Source: Geosiphon pyriformis uo1
Lineage: Eukaryota > Fungi > Glomeromycota
Direction of reading: 5' to 3'
NCBI GenBank assembly: GCA_016748015.1
Contig: JAAOMT010000334.1
Coordinates: 1-64,000 of the forward strand
Length of the DNA stretch: 64,000 nucleotides
The translations under genes and the position numbers were made by a program. Numbering within the stretch: the stretch's first letter is position 1; every line of letters starts with the position of its first letter. Below are positions 1 to 12,221 of this stretch, piece after piece. The notes under the pieces were generated by a model that did not search any database, was not told the DNA's origin, and saw only the letters and a program-made list of their open reading frames with translations.

Positions 1-827
1 ATGGCGATTTCAGGATCTTGAAAAGACAATTTGTTGAGCTAGTTTTTTCACAAAGATTTAAGTGAAGGAAAAAAATAAAAGTTTTTGAACGTGATCTCAT
101 AATTTGATTATTCAAGCGAAAGGATAGGTCATATACACTTAAAAAGAGAAGTTTTTCTTGGAATTATTCGAAAATCTTGATGAGCAAGGTATTATTAAAA
201 ATTTTTAGTATAGTTTGATTAAATAAATAATTAACTTTAAATAAAATTTGAATTTTCAAGTCAATGAAAATCAAATGGGCTGTTCAAGCAATGAAAATTT
301 TTTGTGATTAATGATATGAATAAATAAAAGTAAAGATATTATTTTTTATTTGGATATTTCATGAGTCTTTATTAGTTTAATTATATTCACTACTATTAAA
401 GTTTAATATGTTTGGTTTTAAATTTCTATTTCCTGAAGAATTTACCATTACCAAAGTGATAAGTAGGTTACATGAATGAAGTGAATTACTTTAGAAAAAA
501 CATCTATAGACTATTATAGTTTCATAATAATTTTAGTGAGCTTCGAAACTTCAAGTTATTTAGTTATTCGATTTTACTGAAACCTAAACACTACCTTGAA
601 TGAAAACATTCGCTAATAAAAATAAAGAGATATGAAATGGAAGTATCTCAAGTGCTTTATCATAACTTAACGTGTCTAAAAATATGAAACTTTTAATCAT
701 ATTCTTAATTATTAATGTTCTTAAAGAATATTAGGGGAGATAAGAAGAAACTTTTAGATATTATCACGTTCATTATGAAAGTCATTAATCCTTGAAAGTA
801 GGTTATCAGATATGAAAGAGGGATAAA

Positions 828-1079
828 CTAAGGAATACTTGGCATATACGAAAAGTGAAATGTAGGCTCCATCAATTCCTCCTTTTTACTAAAATCAAGG
901 TTCTGCTCTTGAACAATTAAAATTTGTCCATTATTTAATTGGCCATTTGGTTGATTGTTTAATTGTTGATTCGGAGGTGTTACTTGAACAATTTCCGTTG
1001 CATCTCGAATTAATACGCTGTTTGTTGAAAGGGTATATGAACCTTGGGTAGAGCTCAGAAATTCACTGTTTTGAACCAT
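828..1079 (-). CDS. Small hypothetical ORF (83 aa, N/Q-rich); may be a gene fragment
   Basis: ATG-started ORF with higher GC than its flanks and a short internal repeat (QLNNQPNGQLNNGQ); no family recognised. Confidence 0.25.
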   Translation of the reverse strand: MVQNSEFLSSTQGSYTLSTNSVLIRDATEIVQVTPPNQQLNNQPNGQLNNGQILIVQEQNLDFSKKEELMEPTFHFSYMPSIP

Positions 1080-1233
1080 TTTATAAAAAATGATTATATT
1101 TTTGATGTCTTTGGAGTTGTTCTTTTATAAAATTTTTAGTCATTTTCAAATTTGCATGAGGTTAAACTCCACTGTATGACTACAGTATCAACTACATTTA
1201 TTTCTGTATCTTAATAACATTGTAATTCGACTG

Positions 1234-2347
1234 GTGCTGAATTATTGAATACAATACACAAGGATGTTACGCAAAGACTTACTAAGTCCAAAACAGAACT
1301 TGATTCTGAGTTTTCTTAAAGATTATTCTTATCATCAAGATATATTGATTTTTTTTGCCCTTATTTAATGTGATAAATAATGAAAATTTAATTGTATCTC
1401 TTTTTTTTTACAGTGTCTGCAAAGAAAGAAAATGCTTGCAATTGACAGTGCCTATAAAAATAGACTATTATACAGGCTATTAAAAACATGTAAGATTAGG
1501 ATTCAGTTCTTAGCCCAATTTTTGGAGATCCTAATCGTGGTGTATTTTTGCGATGGTCCAATGAAAAGGTGCTGGACTCCAAGAATAGAAAGTCAACAGA
1601 GAGGGCCAAACAACCAGATGCCATCATTAGTGTCACTAATCAACTTTCTTGGGGCTCGAACAGAAGGCATGGTAAGATAAAAGTGCAAGAGAAATAAATA
1701 ATCTCTACAGCCTATGCATTAATCTTGTCTGGGTGATTGTGTTCAATAAAGATGCTATTGATATTATTAACATAAATTATATTCTTGGATTTCAAGTTAT
1801 TGATAAGGTTTTTAACATAAGTTTTTTTTATCAAAAATCATACTAATAAGAGCTTAATAGGACAACATATCACATTTTACCTCACTACTCTTTTATATGA
1901 TAGCATGTATATTATGATAGAGATTGGTCATCTTAATGTGCCAATGTCACTTGAACAGCTTCTGGCTTTTCTTACAAATCTCGACATACTTCTCATTATC
2001 TCCAATGCATTTTGGACCAAATTGTGCTATGTCCCATTCTGCTGCAGAAATGGAGCCAAAAAGCGTAGCACACTTGCAACACCAAATTTCAAAGAACTGG
2101 TTGCAAAAAACTGTGATCAATATCATTATTGTGAAATATGATGGGAAATTTACTTTAAAAATTCTAAGATCTTTTATTTCCACATATAATAAATGAAATA
2201 ATTTGAATTGTATGTACTCACAATTTGAAACAGAATAATAGCAATACAAATATTATTATTAGGGATGACAATATAACTTGCCCTTCATACTCTGATAATC
2301 AAATCACTTACTACTATTACTATCTTCTATACTTGAAAAGTGTAATA
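1234..2347 (+). pseudogene. Decayed partial copy of the 3' half and 3' flank of the REase-like gene at 60080-62461
   Basis: Aligns by eye with 61385-62654 and 63415-63538, introns included. It has internal deletions, frameshifts, lost splice donors (gt to at) and many CG to TG/CA changes. Confidence 0.9.
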
Positions 2348-2839
2348 AAACAGTCAATAGTTTTATAAATCTATTGTTTTTATAATTAAAGCTCAAAAAT
2401 ATATACAAACAGCTCCCTTAAATCAGAAAAAATTTCTGTTAAGGAATTCCTTAAGCTTATGAGAAAAGAAGAATTTATAGAGTCTTTTCTTATAAGCTTA
2501 GCTATTAACTAGCCCGTTTCAAGAAATAGCTTCATCTATGCACATAGGTGATAACCTTCTAAAATCTCATATCTTTTTACTACTGAACAAAGTTTATTAA
2601 TATATCTTTTTGGCTTTAACTTGATTAGATATGCAAATACTTTAAGAAAAAAACTAATAAATAACAATAAAGCATTATAATTAAAAAAATCTATCCAAAA
2701 GAAACAAAGATCAGAAACCTTACTTAAGATTTGCATAACAAAAATGGGAAATTTTGATAAGAAATTTCTACATGCTTGGAAAGCAATCATAAAATATTGT
2801 TCTTTAAGTAAAAAATTCAAATATTATACTCTTTTACAT

Positions 2840-5005
2840 AAGTGCAGGGTGCTTGACTTTCTTGGATTTCTGTGGTGTGTATAAAGTCTTAGAGATATCC
2901 CAAGGGCGAAGAAGGAAGCATTTAATTTCCCTTAAGTAAAAAGCACACCGATGACCGTGATAACTTCTCCAAGTTCTCCAGCATTTGGTTTACCCACAAC
3001 TGCATCAATACACTATATATTAGATTTAATGACTTAAATATAATTATTTATAATAGAATTAATCATCTTTTCTTTAAGGACAGAAGAATATGTATCATAT
3101 TTGGGATCCATAGCAGATCTGCAGGAGATTGCGGGATCTGGAAAGTCGCAACTTGCTCAAAATAATAAAGGTGCTTATGTGGAATATTCATTGCATAGAT
3201 ATAGGCTTTTCAGCTTAAAGATTTAAAGAAGTATCTGATTAGAATGAAAGCCCCAAAAAAGAAACTCGTAATAAAACTTAGTGAACACTTGAATTCTGAA
3301 CACCTTAAGTTTCTTGAAGATTTCACTGTTATCATGCTCATACTTCTTTGCCACAAAGTTGAGAATATCCTTAAGGTCTTTTTGTGTCTTAACTTTGTTA
3401 TCACCGAAGTGCTTCAGATTATTTTCATAAGATGGCCTACTAACCTCACACACTAATAACTCCTGATTGAGATGATTTTGTAAAGAGAAAATTGCATCTG
3501 TTCACTGCCTAGGCCTCTGGTGTATGTTAGATTCAACCTCTTAATTATGCCAAATTGAAGATGTCTTTAGGCCAATTTCACGTCATTTTATTTGATAATT
3601 TTCTTGGAAGAGATTCTTCAACATTGGAAAGACTGCTAGTGCAATGTGTGTATTCTCACTCATATTTTTGTCTAAAAGCAGGTTTGGATTTTGAGTCCAA
3701 AAATCTACACTATTAATTAAATAGCATTCATTTTAAGTATTTCTGTGTCTATAAACATAATTAGAGAATGCTTAGTTCCTACTTACAAGTTTAGATAGAG
3801 CTTATGAACATATCAAAGCTCATTTTGTAAAGGTGAAGTTGTTTTTAGTACATGTGCAAAGAACTAATGAAGTTCTTGATCAATATTCTCAAGAACATTA
3901 TTAATGAATTATGTTAACTATTAGCATACTAAAATTCAAAAAATAATTTTTTAAGATACTTTGTTATCCAAAACCATCAACCAAGTTTTAACTTCATTAT
4001 TTATCTTGACTATTTCTATGCTCACTGTACTACGTAGTGTTTTTTACACTTTTGGTAAAAATCAACTTTTGATTGAGTCAATTTCTTTTTTCTCACTTAA
4101 ATCAAGGATGTTGTAAAAGACAGCTCTGTTTAAATATAAGTATAATTAGTAAAAAATAATAATATCTAGCTTAAATACAAAATTTAGAATACTAACTCAT
4201 AATTATCCACTGCCTTCTGTTCAACCAACTTTCCTATAACATCAATTCCATCAAAGATTTAAAGGACATAATTCTATGGTCAATTAAATTTAAATATATG
4301 GTTTTTATTTTTTCAGAAAGCAAATCATTCATACTATTCTATTGACAAGATCATCATTTTCATTTGAGTTATTATTCTCATCTTTCAACGTCAAAATCTT
4401 GTATACTTGCTAAAATACACTTACTATGAACAGCAGTGCATTTTTTTATCAAAAATGCAATTTTCTTTTCCTTTGCATTAGTTTTATGGCTTTGAATAAC
4501 AGAGTCCCAAAAGGAAAATAGGCTGCTTTGGTTTAGCAGCTATATTTATTGATAAATAATCATGCTAGTTAATTTCTCCACCCATTTAAAAGCAAGGTAG
4601 ATGGCAATCACTTTAAAGAGAGAATAAAATTACTGCTTTTCACCCTCCTGAGATAGATAAAGATCTCTCTAAAAGGTTCTGCACCACTTATTAAAAAAAA
4701 CATAATAATCTTCAATATTGAATTATTTTATTGTGGCATTTCTTTAGCCTTGTTAAAATAACAGTTTATTCAAATACCATTAAGATCAATCTATTTATCT
4801 GAACAAAGTGGTATTGTGATAATTAAAGCCTCATTGGATCACAAAAAATGCAAATAGGACCATTTTTTAAAAGAGTTTTTCTTAAAATACTAGATAAAAA
4901 CTGTTATAAGTGCCAATAGAGAGTTATTAATACAGTTTTTTCTTTTGCAAAATAAGATTTTCTTCTTTGACACTTATTTTCTTTGCCAGAAAAGTTGTTA
5001 GTCAT
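2840..5005 (-). pseudogene. Multi-exon Crinkler-like pseudogene: header exons homologous to the 60080 gene, joined to a different PD-(D/E)XK-like C-terminal domain
   Basis: 5005-4440 matches exons 1-3 and their introns of the 60080 gene (MTNNFSG; YFKK..KWSYLHFL*SN; LFSFWDSVIQS). The C-terminal part reads REIGLKTSS...*TDAIFSLQ..QELLVCEVS...KDLKDILN..KVFRIQVF, then AYIYAMNIP..LYYFEQVATFQIP. Many stop codons. Confidence 0.75.
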
Positions 5006-5169
5006 AATTGTGTTGTTAATAAAGACTTTGGGATTAATAATTTCAAGATAGTGGATAAAATGCACGCTTAAAAAAATACATTCAAAAATAAAACAATCAA
5101 AAAAATACGTTCAAAAAAAAACACGTGAAAAAAAAACATGTGTAAAAACGTGAAAAAAACACATTCATG

Positions 5170-8100
5170 TTTACTTTGGTTCATCATAAATTATTTAATT
5201 AAAATTTTTACAATACTCAAGTCTTTTTTTGTCATCATATATATTGATTAATTAAGAAGTCACTATTTAAAATAAAATCTATAAAATATCTAGTTATTTG
5301 GGCTTCGCAAATTAGAGAAGTAATATTGTTATTGTCTGCTAAAGCTGTTTGATAGAAATATTCGTTGATTTTTAGCTTTTTTCTCAAAATTAAGAATTTT
5401 TATAAATTTATTATAAGCTATTTAAAAGTTATATAAGCTAAAATTTTTATTATTTCTTTGATTATTAAATAGAAATTTAACTTTTGTACAATTTTTGAAA
5501 AGTTTAATTATATAATTCTTAAGATTTTTATTTAACTATTTAAAGTTGTTTTCTTTAAAAGTTTCAAATTTTTTATAATTATATTTAAACATTTTTAAAG
5601 TTTAATTGTTTTTTATATAACAAGTTTCTATTAATAAACCAAAAAATTTTAAGTATTTTTCTAAGTGTATTAAAAAATAATATTAGTTTAATTATTATGT
5701 ATTTGATTATATATTATCTAATTTACTATTAGTTTGGTTATTTTAATAACTGTTTTTTGGTTTATTAACAATATATATATCTATTATATTAGTTATTGTG
5801 ATCTGATTTTTAATAGTTAATATAAAAAGTATTAAGAATATTTTAAATATATTAATTTATAAAATAATTGTTTATATTAATTAACTATATTTCAGTTTTA
5901 AAAATAATATATTTATTTATATTTTATTTTTGTTAATTATTAAAGCTATTATTACAACAGACAATTAATTAGATATTAAAAATACTATTTAATTATGTAT
6001 AACTTTTGTTTTTATTTATTTTATAAAATTGTTAGTGACTATAATAATATATTATATATTATTAAAAGTTACTATTAAAAATTTAATAATATTAATTTCA
6101 ATTCTGTTAAATAATTGGCCAATAAATATTGAATAAATTCTATTAAATTTTTTTAAGATTTTAATATACTTAACAATATATTTTATAAAATAAACTAATA
6201 ATAATAAGCTAATTTTTTGAATTTTTTAGTCATTTTAAAATTTTCAGTTAATAAATCAATTTTTGTATTATATATTACAATTTTTTTTAAAATCTAATAA
6301 CTTTTAAAGATTAATTGAAATTTTTTTATTTTTTTTTAAAGTTAATTTTAGTAAATTAAATAAAAATTGAATTGCTTAAACAAATGTTTTATTATTATTA
6401 AATATAGTCTAATAAATATTATTTTTTAAAAATCTAATAAATACAAAATATGTATTCAAGTTTATTTTTATGTTTAATATAAAAAAATAATTAATATTTA
6501 AATTAATTTATCAGTTAGTATTTATCTTATTAATGAGTAATTAATTTGAAAAAAATATTAATATTTTGATGATTAATTTTTTTATAATATCATATTTTAT
6601 AGTTATATTTATCTAAGTAAAATTTAATTAGTTATCTTTTTATGTTTTACTTTTTATTATAATATAGCCAAATTAATGTTTAATAATTTATTATTACCAA
6701 AAATTTGATATTTAAAAAAATAATTGTACCAAAATACAGTTAATTATATTATTATTATTACAAATTTAAATAACAAATTAATAATTAGCAAAAAAAAAGA
6801 CTATTAAAAATAATAAAAATAATAAAAAAGTAAATTGAATTTGTAAGAATATAATGTGCATAATTAGTCTAATTTTTTCTAAAAAAATCTAAAAATAAAA
6901 GAATAAATTGTAATTATTAACAATATAACACCAATGTCATTATTTTATGTTTTACTTGGGTTTTCTTAAATTAATAACAGATATTATTGTACTTTTTGAT
7001 TGTTTTTTTATTTAATAAATTACAAAAACAAGCAAATGTTTTTTTGGCTAATTCTAATAATACAAATTAGAAAAAGAAAAAGATGAAATATGTAAATGTC
7101 AACAAATGATAATTTAATTACAAATATTCAAATATTTAAGGATAAAATTGAGAAAAGAAAAGAAATAATATAAAAAAGAGTATTAAATATGTAATTTTTA
7201 TTTTTTTTATGTTTTTTTATCGTTAAAAAATTCATTGTTTATATAACTATTGAAAAGAATTAATAATTAGATCAATAATTAAGTTAATAATTAAATTAAT
7301 AATTAAATCAATAATTAAAGTAATAGTTAAATTAATAATCTGCTTATTTATTAAGTTAATAATTACTATTTAAAAATAGAGTGGTTAATTATATAATATT
7401 AATAAAAACTATGATTTTCAACCATAATATTATTAAATATTTTTATTTAATGTTATATAATTCTTTTCAGTTAAATTAAAAGTTTTATTGTTGTATATTA
7501 TAATATTTTTTTTGTTATTTTCATTTTTCTGGCATAAAATTATATTAAAATTATATTAATATATATTAGTGTAAAAAATAAATAATTTATTTAAGTCAAA
7601 CTATTTAAGAATCAATTTAGTAATATTTTTTTAGAGTTTTTAAGACTTTTTTCTAGTAACTATTCTAATAATATTTAAAAAAAATAAGATAATTTTAGAA
7701 AAGTTCTTAAGAAATTTTTGATAATAAGTAGTTAAACCAAAAAAAAACACAATTTATGTACATTTATTAATTTTTTAATTAATTAAACTTTTTTAATTTT
7801 GGTTGAATTAAAAACAATATCATCTTTTATAACAAGATATTCAAAAATTTGGTAGATTATTAATCAAAACAGGCATTTTGTTATTTTAAAAAGCATAAAT
7901 TTATAAAAAAACTCAAACTTATTTATGATATTTCTTTTATAAATGTCATTTATGCTACCAAAGAGTTAATTAAAAATTTAATGCCAAATATTCAAACCTT
8001 TATTTACTATTCAACACTCCCCAATCAAAAATATTGATGATAATTATTTGCTTTTAAGATCTAGAGATCAGTAATAAATTGTGGTTCAAATGATAAGATT

Positions 8101-9130
8101 GTGAAATCTTTTGTTTTACAAGCATATTTTCATGGCTTATTTAAGAATATTTTAATAGAACCATAGTATATTTGATAACTCGAAATGAGGTAAAACCTTT
8201 TTATTTATTGTGTAAAAAAATTGGAAGGTCTTGAAATGTCTATTTTTAAGAGTTTGAATTCCTTGACTTTGAAAATTTATTTAAAACAAATTTTTTATAA
8301 TGCTTCCTTTCCTTTATCAAAACTTTGAACTGTTTTCATAGAGAAATACAATCAATTTCGTAGTAAATTTACAGCCTAGAAAGATACCAGTAGTAGGAAT
8401 GCAAGTTCGTTCGTTTGTTCCTGTCTAAATTTCTCTAAAAATTAATTATGAATGGATTTTATAAAATATTTAACTATGTAATTATATTTGAACATGAAAC
8501 TTTTTTTATCGGAAAATCAAATTAATCATTTTACATAATAAAAATTTTAGCTAATTTAATTAACAACAACACAAAAAGTTATTTTAATAATTTCATTATA
8601 AATTTTCAAAACCAAAACTAATTTAATGAATTAAATTTTCAAAAATAAATTATTAAAAGTTTTTTATATTCAATACTTAATGTTTATTTTAAAACCGCAC
8701 ATTTTTAAATAGATCTCATATTACTATAAAGAATTAGGTTTTAGCTAATCATTCTTAATAACATTTTTCTACTTTAAATTATAGATTACAACATCTTAAA
8801 TTACATTATTTTTCATTAATAAGCTGTATATACCATTTTTAATCTAATAAATACCTTTTTCTTGATTTATTTATTCTTATTTTTAGTTGAAATTTTTTTA
8901 GTCTATTCTAATAAACCTACACTGTAATATGTATGTTGTGAGTTAAATATTTACAAAAACAAAAATGTAATTAATTTCATATAGGTTAAGCAATCTTAAA
9001 AATCAATGTGTTTTTGTTCACATCTAATAATTTATTAAATGTGAAAATTTGAATAATATTATTATATAATAAACTTTGCAAAGCTATTTAAGTTAGCTTA
9101 TAATACCATTTTTTTCTTTTTTATGAATAA
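5170..9130. other. Extremely AT-rich, CpG-poor block with no ORF, probably an eroded repeat/TE relic
   Basis: About 4 kb with no ORF in the supplied track and very few CG dinucleotides between about 5400 and 8100; contains a degenerate 12-bp tandem repeat. Confidence 0.5.
7258..7340. repeat. Degenerate 12-bp tandem repeat (about TAATAATTAAAT, roughly 7 units)
   Basis: taataattagat/caataattaagt/taataattaaat/taataattaaat/caataattaaag/taatagttaaat read directly. Confidence 0.75.
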
Positions 9131-9818
9131 TATTTTAATTTTTATTTCCAAATATATTATGCGCATTAATAAGACTCATCATCATAATGGTTTCAACAGA
9201 AATATCATGTGCCCATGTGTAGTTTGTTGAATTGTAATTATTTTTATAAGTTTTATATAAAGTTAAATAAATTGTCACATTATAATTGTAAATCAAATGA
9301 CACGAAAAGCATGGATTAATCGAAAACATTGTAACTGTATGTTTGTTAATTAAAAGATTATCCGCTAAAAAAACATGACGTTGATTTTTACTTTATCGGG
9401 AATCCTGTGTTTTATGGTAACAAAGAGAAATCAGAATGATAGTTTTTTAAGCATTGAATTTATATAAAATATATACAAAGTGTTCAAATAAAAGGTTTCG
9501 CATTTTTATACATTTTATTGAATAATACCGAATTTCTATCTTGACAAATTTACCCACGGAAAATAATTCTTTAAATTCCAAAAACAAAAACCACATCAAC
9601 TTTCAGGGGAGTCAGCACAAGAGACGAATATTGTGATCGATGTAAGCAAACGCCATTTCTGTGAAAGACGGTTATTATCTCGATTAAAACATTAGTGTTG
9701 CATATATTTTTACTTTTTGATATAGTCACAAAATGTCGATCTATCAAAAATATTTAGATTAACAGAAAAACTTCATGTATTTATACAAAGTTTAATCACA
9801 TATAGTTGGACCTTTTTC

Positions 9819-9820
<2 letters not shown>

Positions 9821-9855
<35 letters not shown>
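9821..9855. repeat. (TTA)n microsatellite
   Basis: Perfect trinucleotide run. Confidence 0.95.
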
Positions 9856-10692
9856 TAACCGATAAAATAATTTAAGATGCCAAGACTTGAATTAAATTCT
9901 AAACAAGCTTCAACTATTCACACATAGCAATTAACGAGTTCGAAGGAACTAATTTTAATCTTTCCCAATAACTAAATTGAAAATTTTCTTATCAAACATC
10001 CGAATTTTATATATAAGTTAAATCAGCCATGCAAAATTTTATATTGCTTATTTTTCAAAGAATATGTGTGTTGAAATTTTCAAGATCAATTTTCAGTTGC
10101 AATCAAGTTTCCCAAAAAATTCATAATTTAAAAAAATATTTTATAAAAATAGCGTCTAACTAAAAAGGAATTTTTTCAACCTCTGGTTCTTCAGTGAGAT
10201 CTCAATACCTACTCGATTTCTATAAATATATGTTGCTTTGTAGAGCTTTTAATCGTTTCGGAAACGTTCTTGGATCATTATCTAATAAAAATACATACCG
10301 GATGACAAACAAAAGATAATATTGTCCCTATTTACCTTTAATCCCAATAAATTTATCTCTGTATATACTGTATCTCCCCAAGTGAGAAATCCCAGTACTA
10401 GTTTTATTCGTGCCAAATTCTTGTTTAAAACAATCCCCATGTTTTATCTGAGGGTAAAAATCTTTTTCTTGTGCCTCTGTAAAATATTCAAACCCTGTTA
10501 AAATACCAAAAACTAAAGAATGATCATCTAATAGTGATCATCAATTTTCCTTTCGATTGAAAAATCTCCGATTTTATTATACTTGTATTGATTTCATAAT
10601 ATCCGGCGAATTTGTCGATAACAAAATATTCGAGTTAATATCTTTTATAGCGTTGAATAAAAAAGGCACATTCAAAAATATTTTTCAAAATA

Positions 10693-12221
10693 ATGGTCCT
10701 ATTCACGGTTCGACATATAAAACAAGTGGTTCGTTTTGAACATGTTCTTTGGAATAGCGTCTTCCTTTTTGGTTTATTTAGTATTCTCTGTATTTGGGTG
10801 CTCTTTGCAAAGAAATGGAATGAAAATGACGTATATTTTAAAATTCTAGACTCAAATCTTCATAGACACAGAGAGTTTAATTTATTTTATGAGAGGATAG
10901 AAAATATTTCATTTCAGCATGCTAACTTGTACAGTAAAAGATATTTCCAATTGAATCAAAAAGATAACAAAAATAGAAATAATTTTGGAAAAAAGAGAAA
11001 CTCTAACTCTTTGGCAAATGAGGCTTTTATAGATTGGTTTAATCGTCAACCACCACGCTATATCCCAAAAATTTTACGACAGACTTCTTCACAAGAATGG
11101 ATTTTCTTGGCACAAATGGCTCGCTTAGCTAATACGGCGTATTGTTCGCGGAAAAATAATGTTGGCTCGGTCATGAAGGATCCTAAAATAAGAGGTAGAT
11201 AAAGAATTTTGATTTTCAGCAAGACTAATTTCCTTTAAATATTATAAAAAGAGAGTTGAAATATTGTAACTTGCTCTTTGATTTAAATGTAAAATTTTTA
11301 TTAATTCTATTTGATACCTTAAGCCCATGTTTTTGTCCCTCCATTTTCTAAGGACATTCTTGGCTATTTCAGAGGACAAACCTATACGCCAGAAGAATGG
11401 AGAAAGCGCAAGGTGCGATTAACACCTTTTGAATTTGGCCCTCTGATACCTAATCGTAAGCAAATAGCTTCTGTTGAAAAAAGTTGGAATGATGATGTGA
11501 ATGTAATGATGTCAGGCCTTCTTCAAAAAGTATTGCTTTTTTTGACTCCTGAGCAAAATAATATTATACTGATTGGTCATGGTGTCGGTGGAGGTAAAAG
11601 TTTTTTGTAATTCGAAATTGACCTTAGTAAGCGTTTTGATTGGTCGATCATTAGATTCCTAAAAACGATCCTTTGATTTTTCGTTAGTTTACGCAGTTCT
11701 AGCATTATTGGCTTTAAAAAAAATCTTTGCAAGTCAACATGGTTGGTTTGAGGAGGTAAAAATATCTGCAGTAACATTTGGGGAACCTCGTTTTGGTGCA
11801 ATCAATTTCGCTCGATACCTCGCTCAAACTGAATCCAAAATTTTCCGAGTCACCCACGCAAATGATTATGTGGTTCGTGAACAACTTTCTAAAACTGGCT
11901 TTCTAAAGTTTGAGCATCACCACAGCGAGTTTTGGATTACTTATGATTGTGAATGTTCAGAAGCTCTGGATCCTAACCGCCCATGGGTTAATTTCAATTT
12001 GTATGAGTGTCCTTCCTATGGAGATCATCCGGTAATTTATTTCTTGGAATAAAGTAAATATGTAGTATCATTCATTTTTTTTCCCGCTACTGACTATATT
12101 TTAGGATTGCAGTGCTAGTCAGATAGGAGATGATAAATCTTATATTGAAGCACATTTTGGTCCATATTTCGGGATCACAATGGGAGACTGCATTACAAAT
12201 ATGGGGGAACTTTTACATTAA
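10693..12221 (+). CDS. Class-3 lipase-like protein A (about 410 aa) with nucleophile Ser replaced by Gly; exons 10693-11194, 11324-11593, 11688-12031, 12105-12221
   Basis: GT-AG joins give an open frame with ANTAYC, YFRG, IGHGVGGVYAVL, VTFGEPRFG, RVTHANDYV, HHHSEFWI and HFGPYFG. N-terminal hydrophobic segment and KR sites precede the domain. Confidence 0.9.

Noticed and set aside
1171-1186. Short palindrome ACTGTA-tgac-TACAGT as abutting Tc1 ends
   Set aside because: Too short to distinguish from chance, and no matching partner termini were found.
11581-11583. RNA editing restoring the lipase serine (GGT to AGT)
   Set aside because: It would need G-to-A editing, whereas known fungal A-to-I editing reads as A-to-G. 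The oxyanion Ser/Thr is also lost in all three genes.
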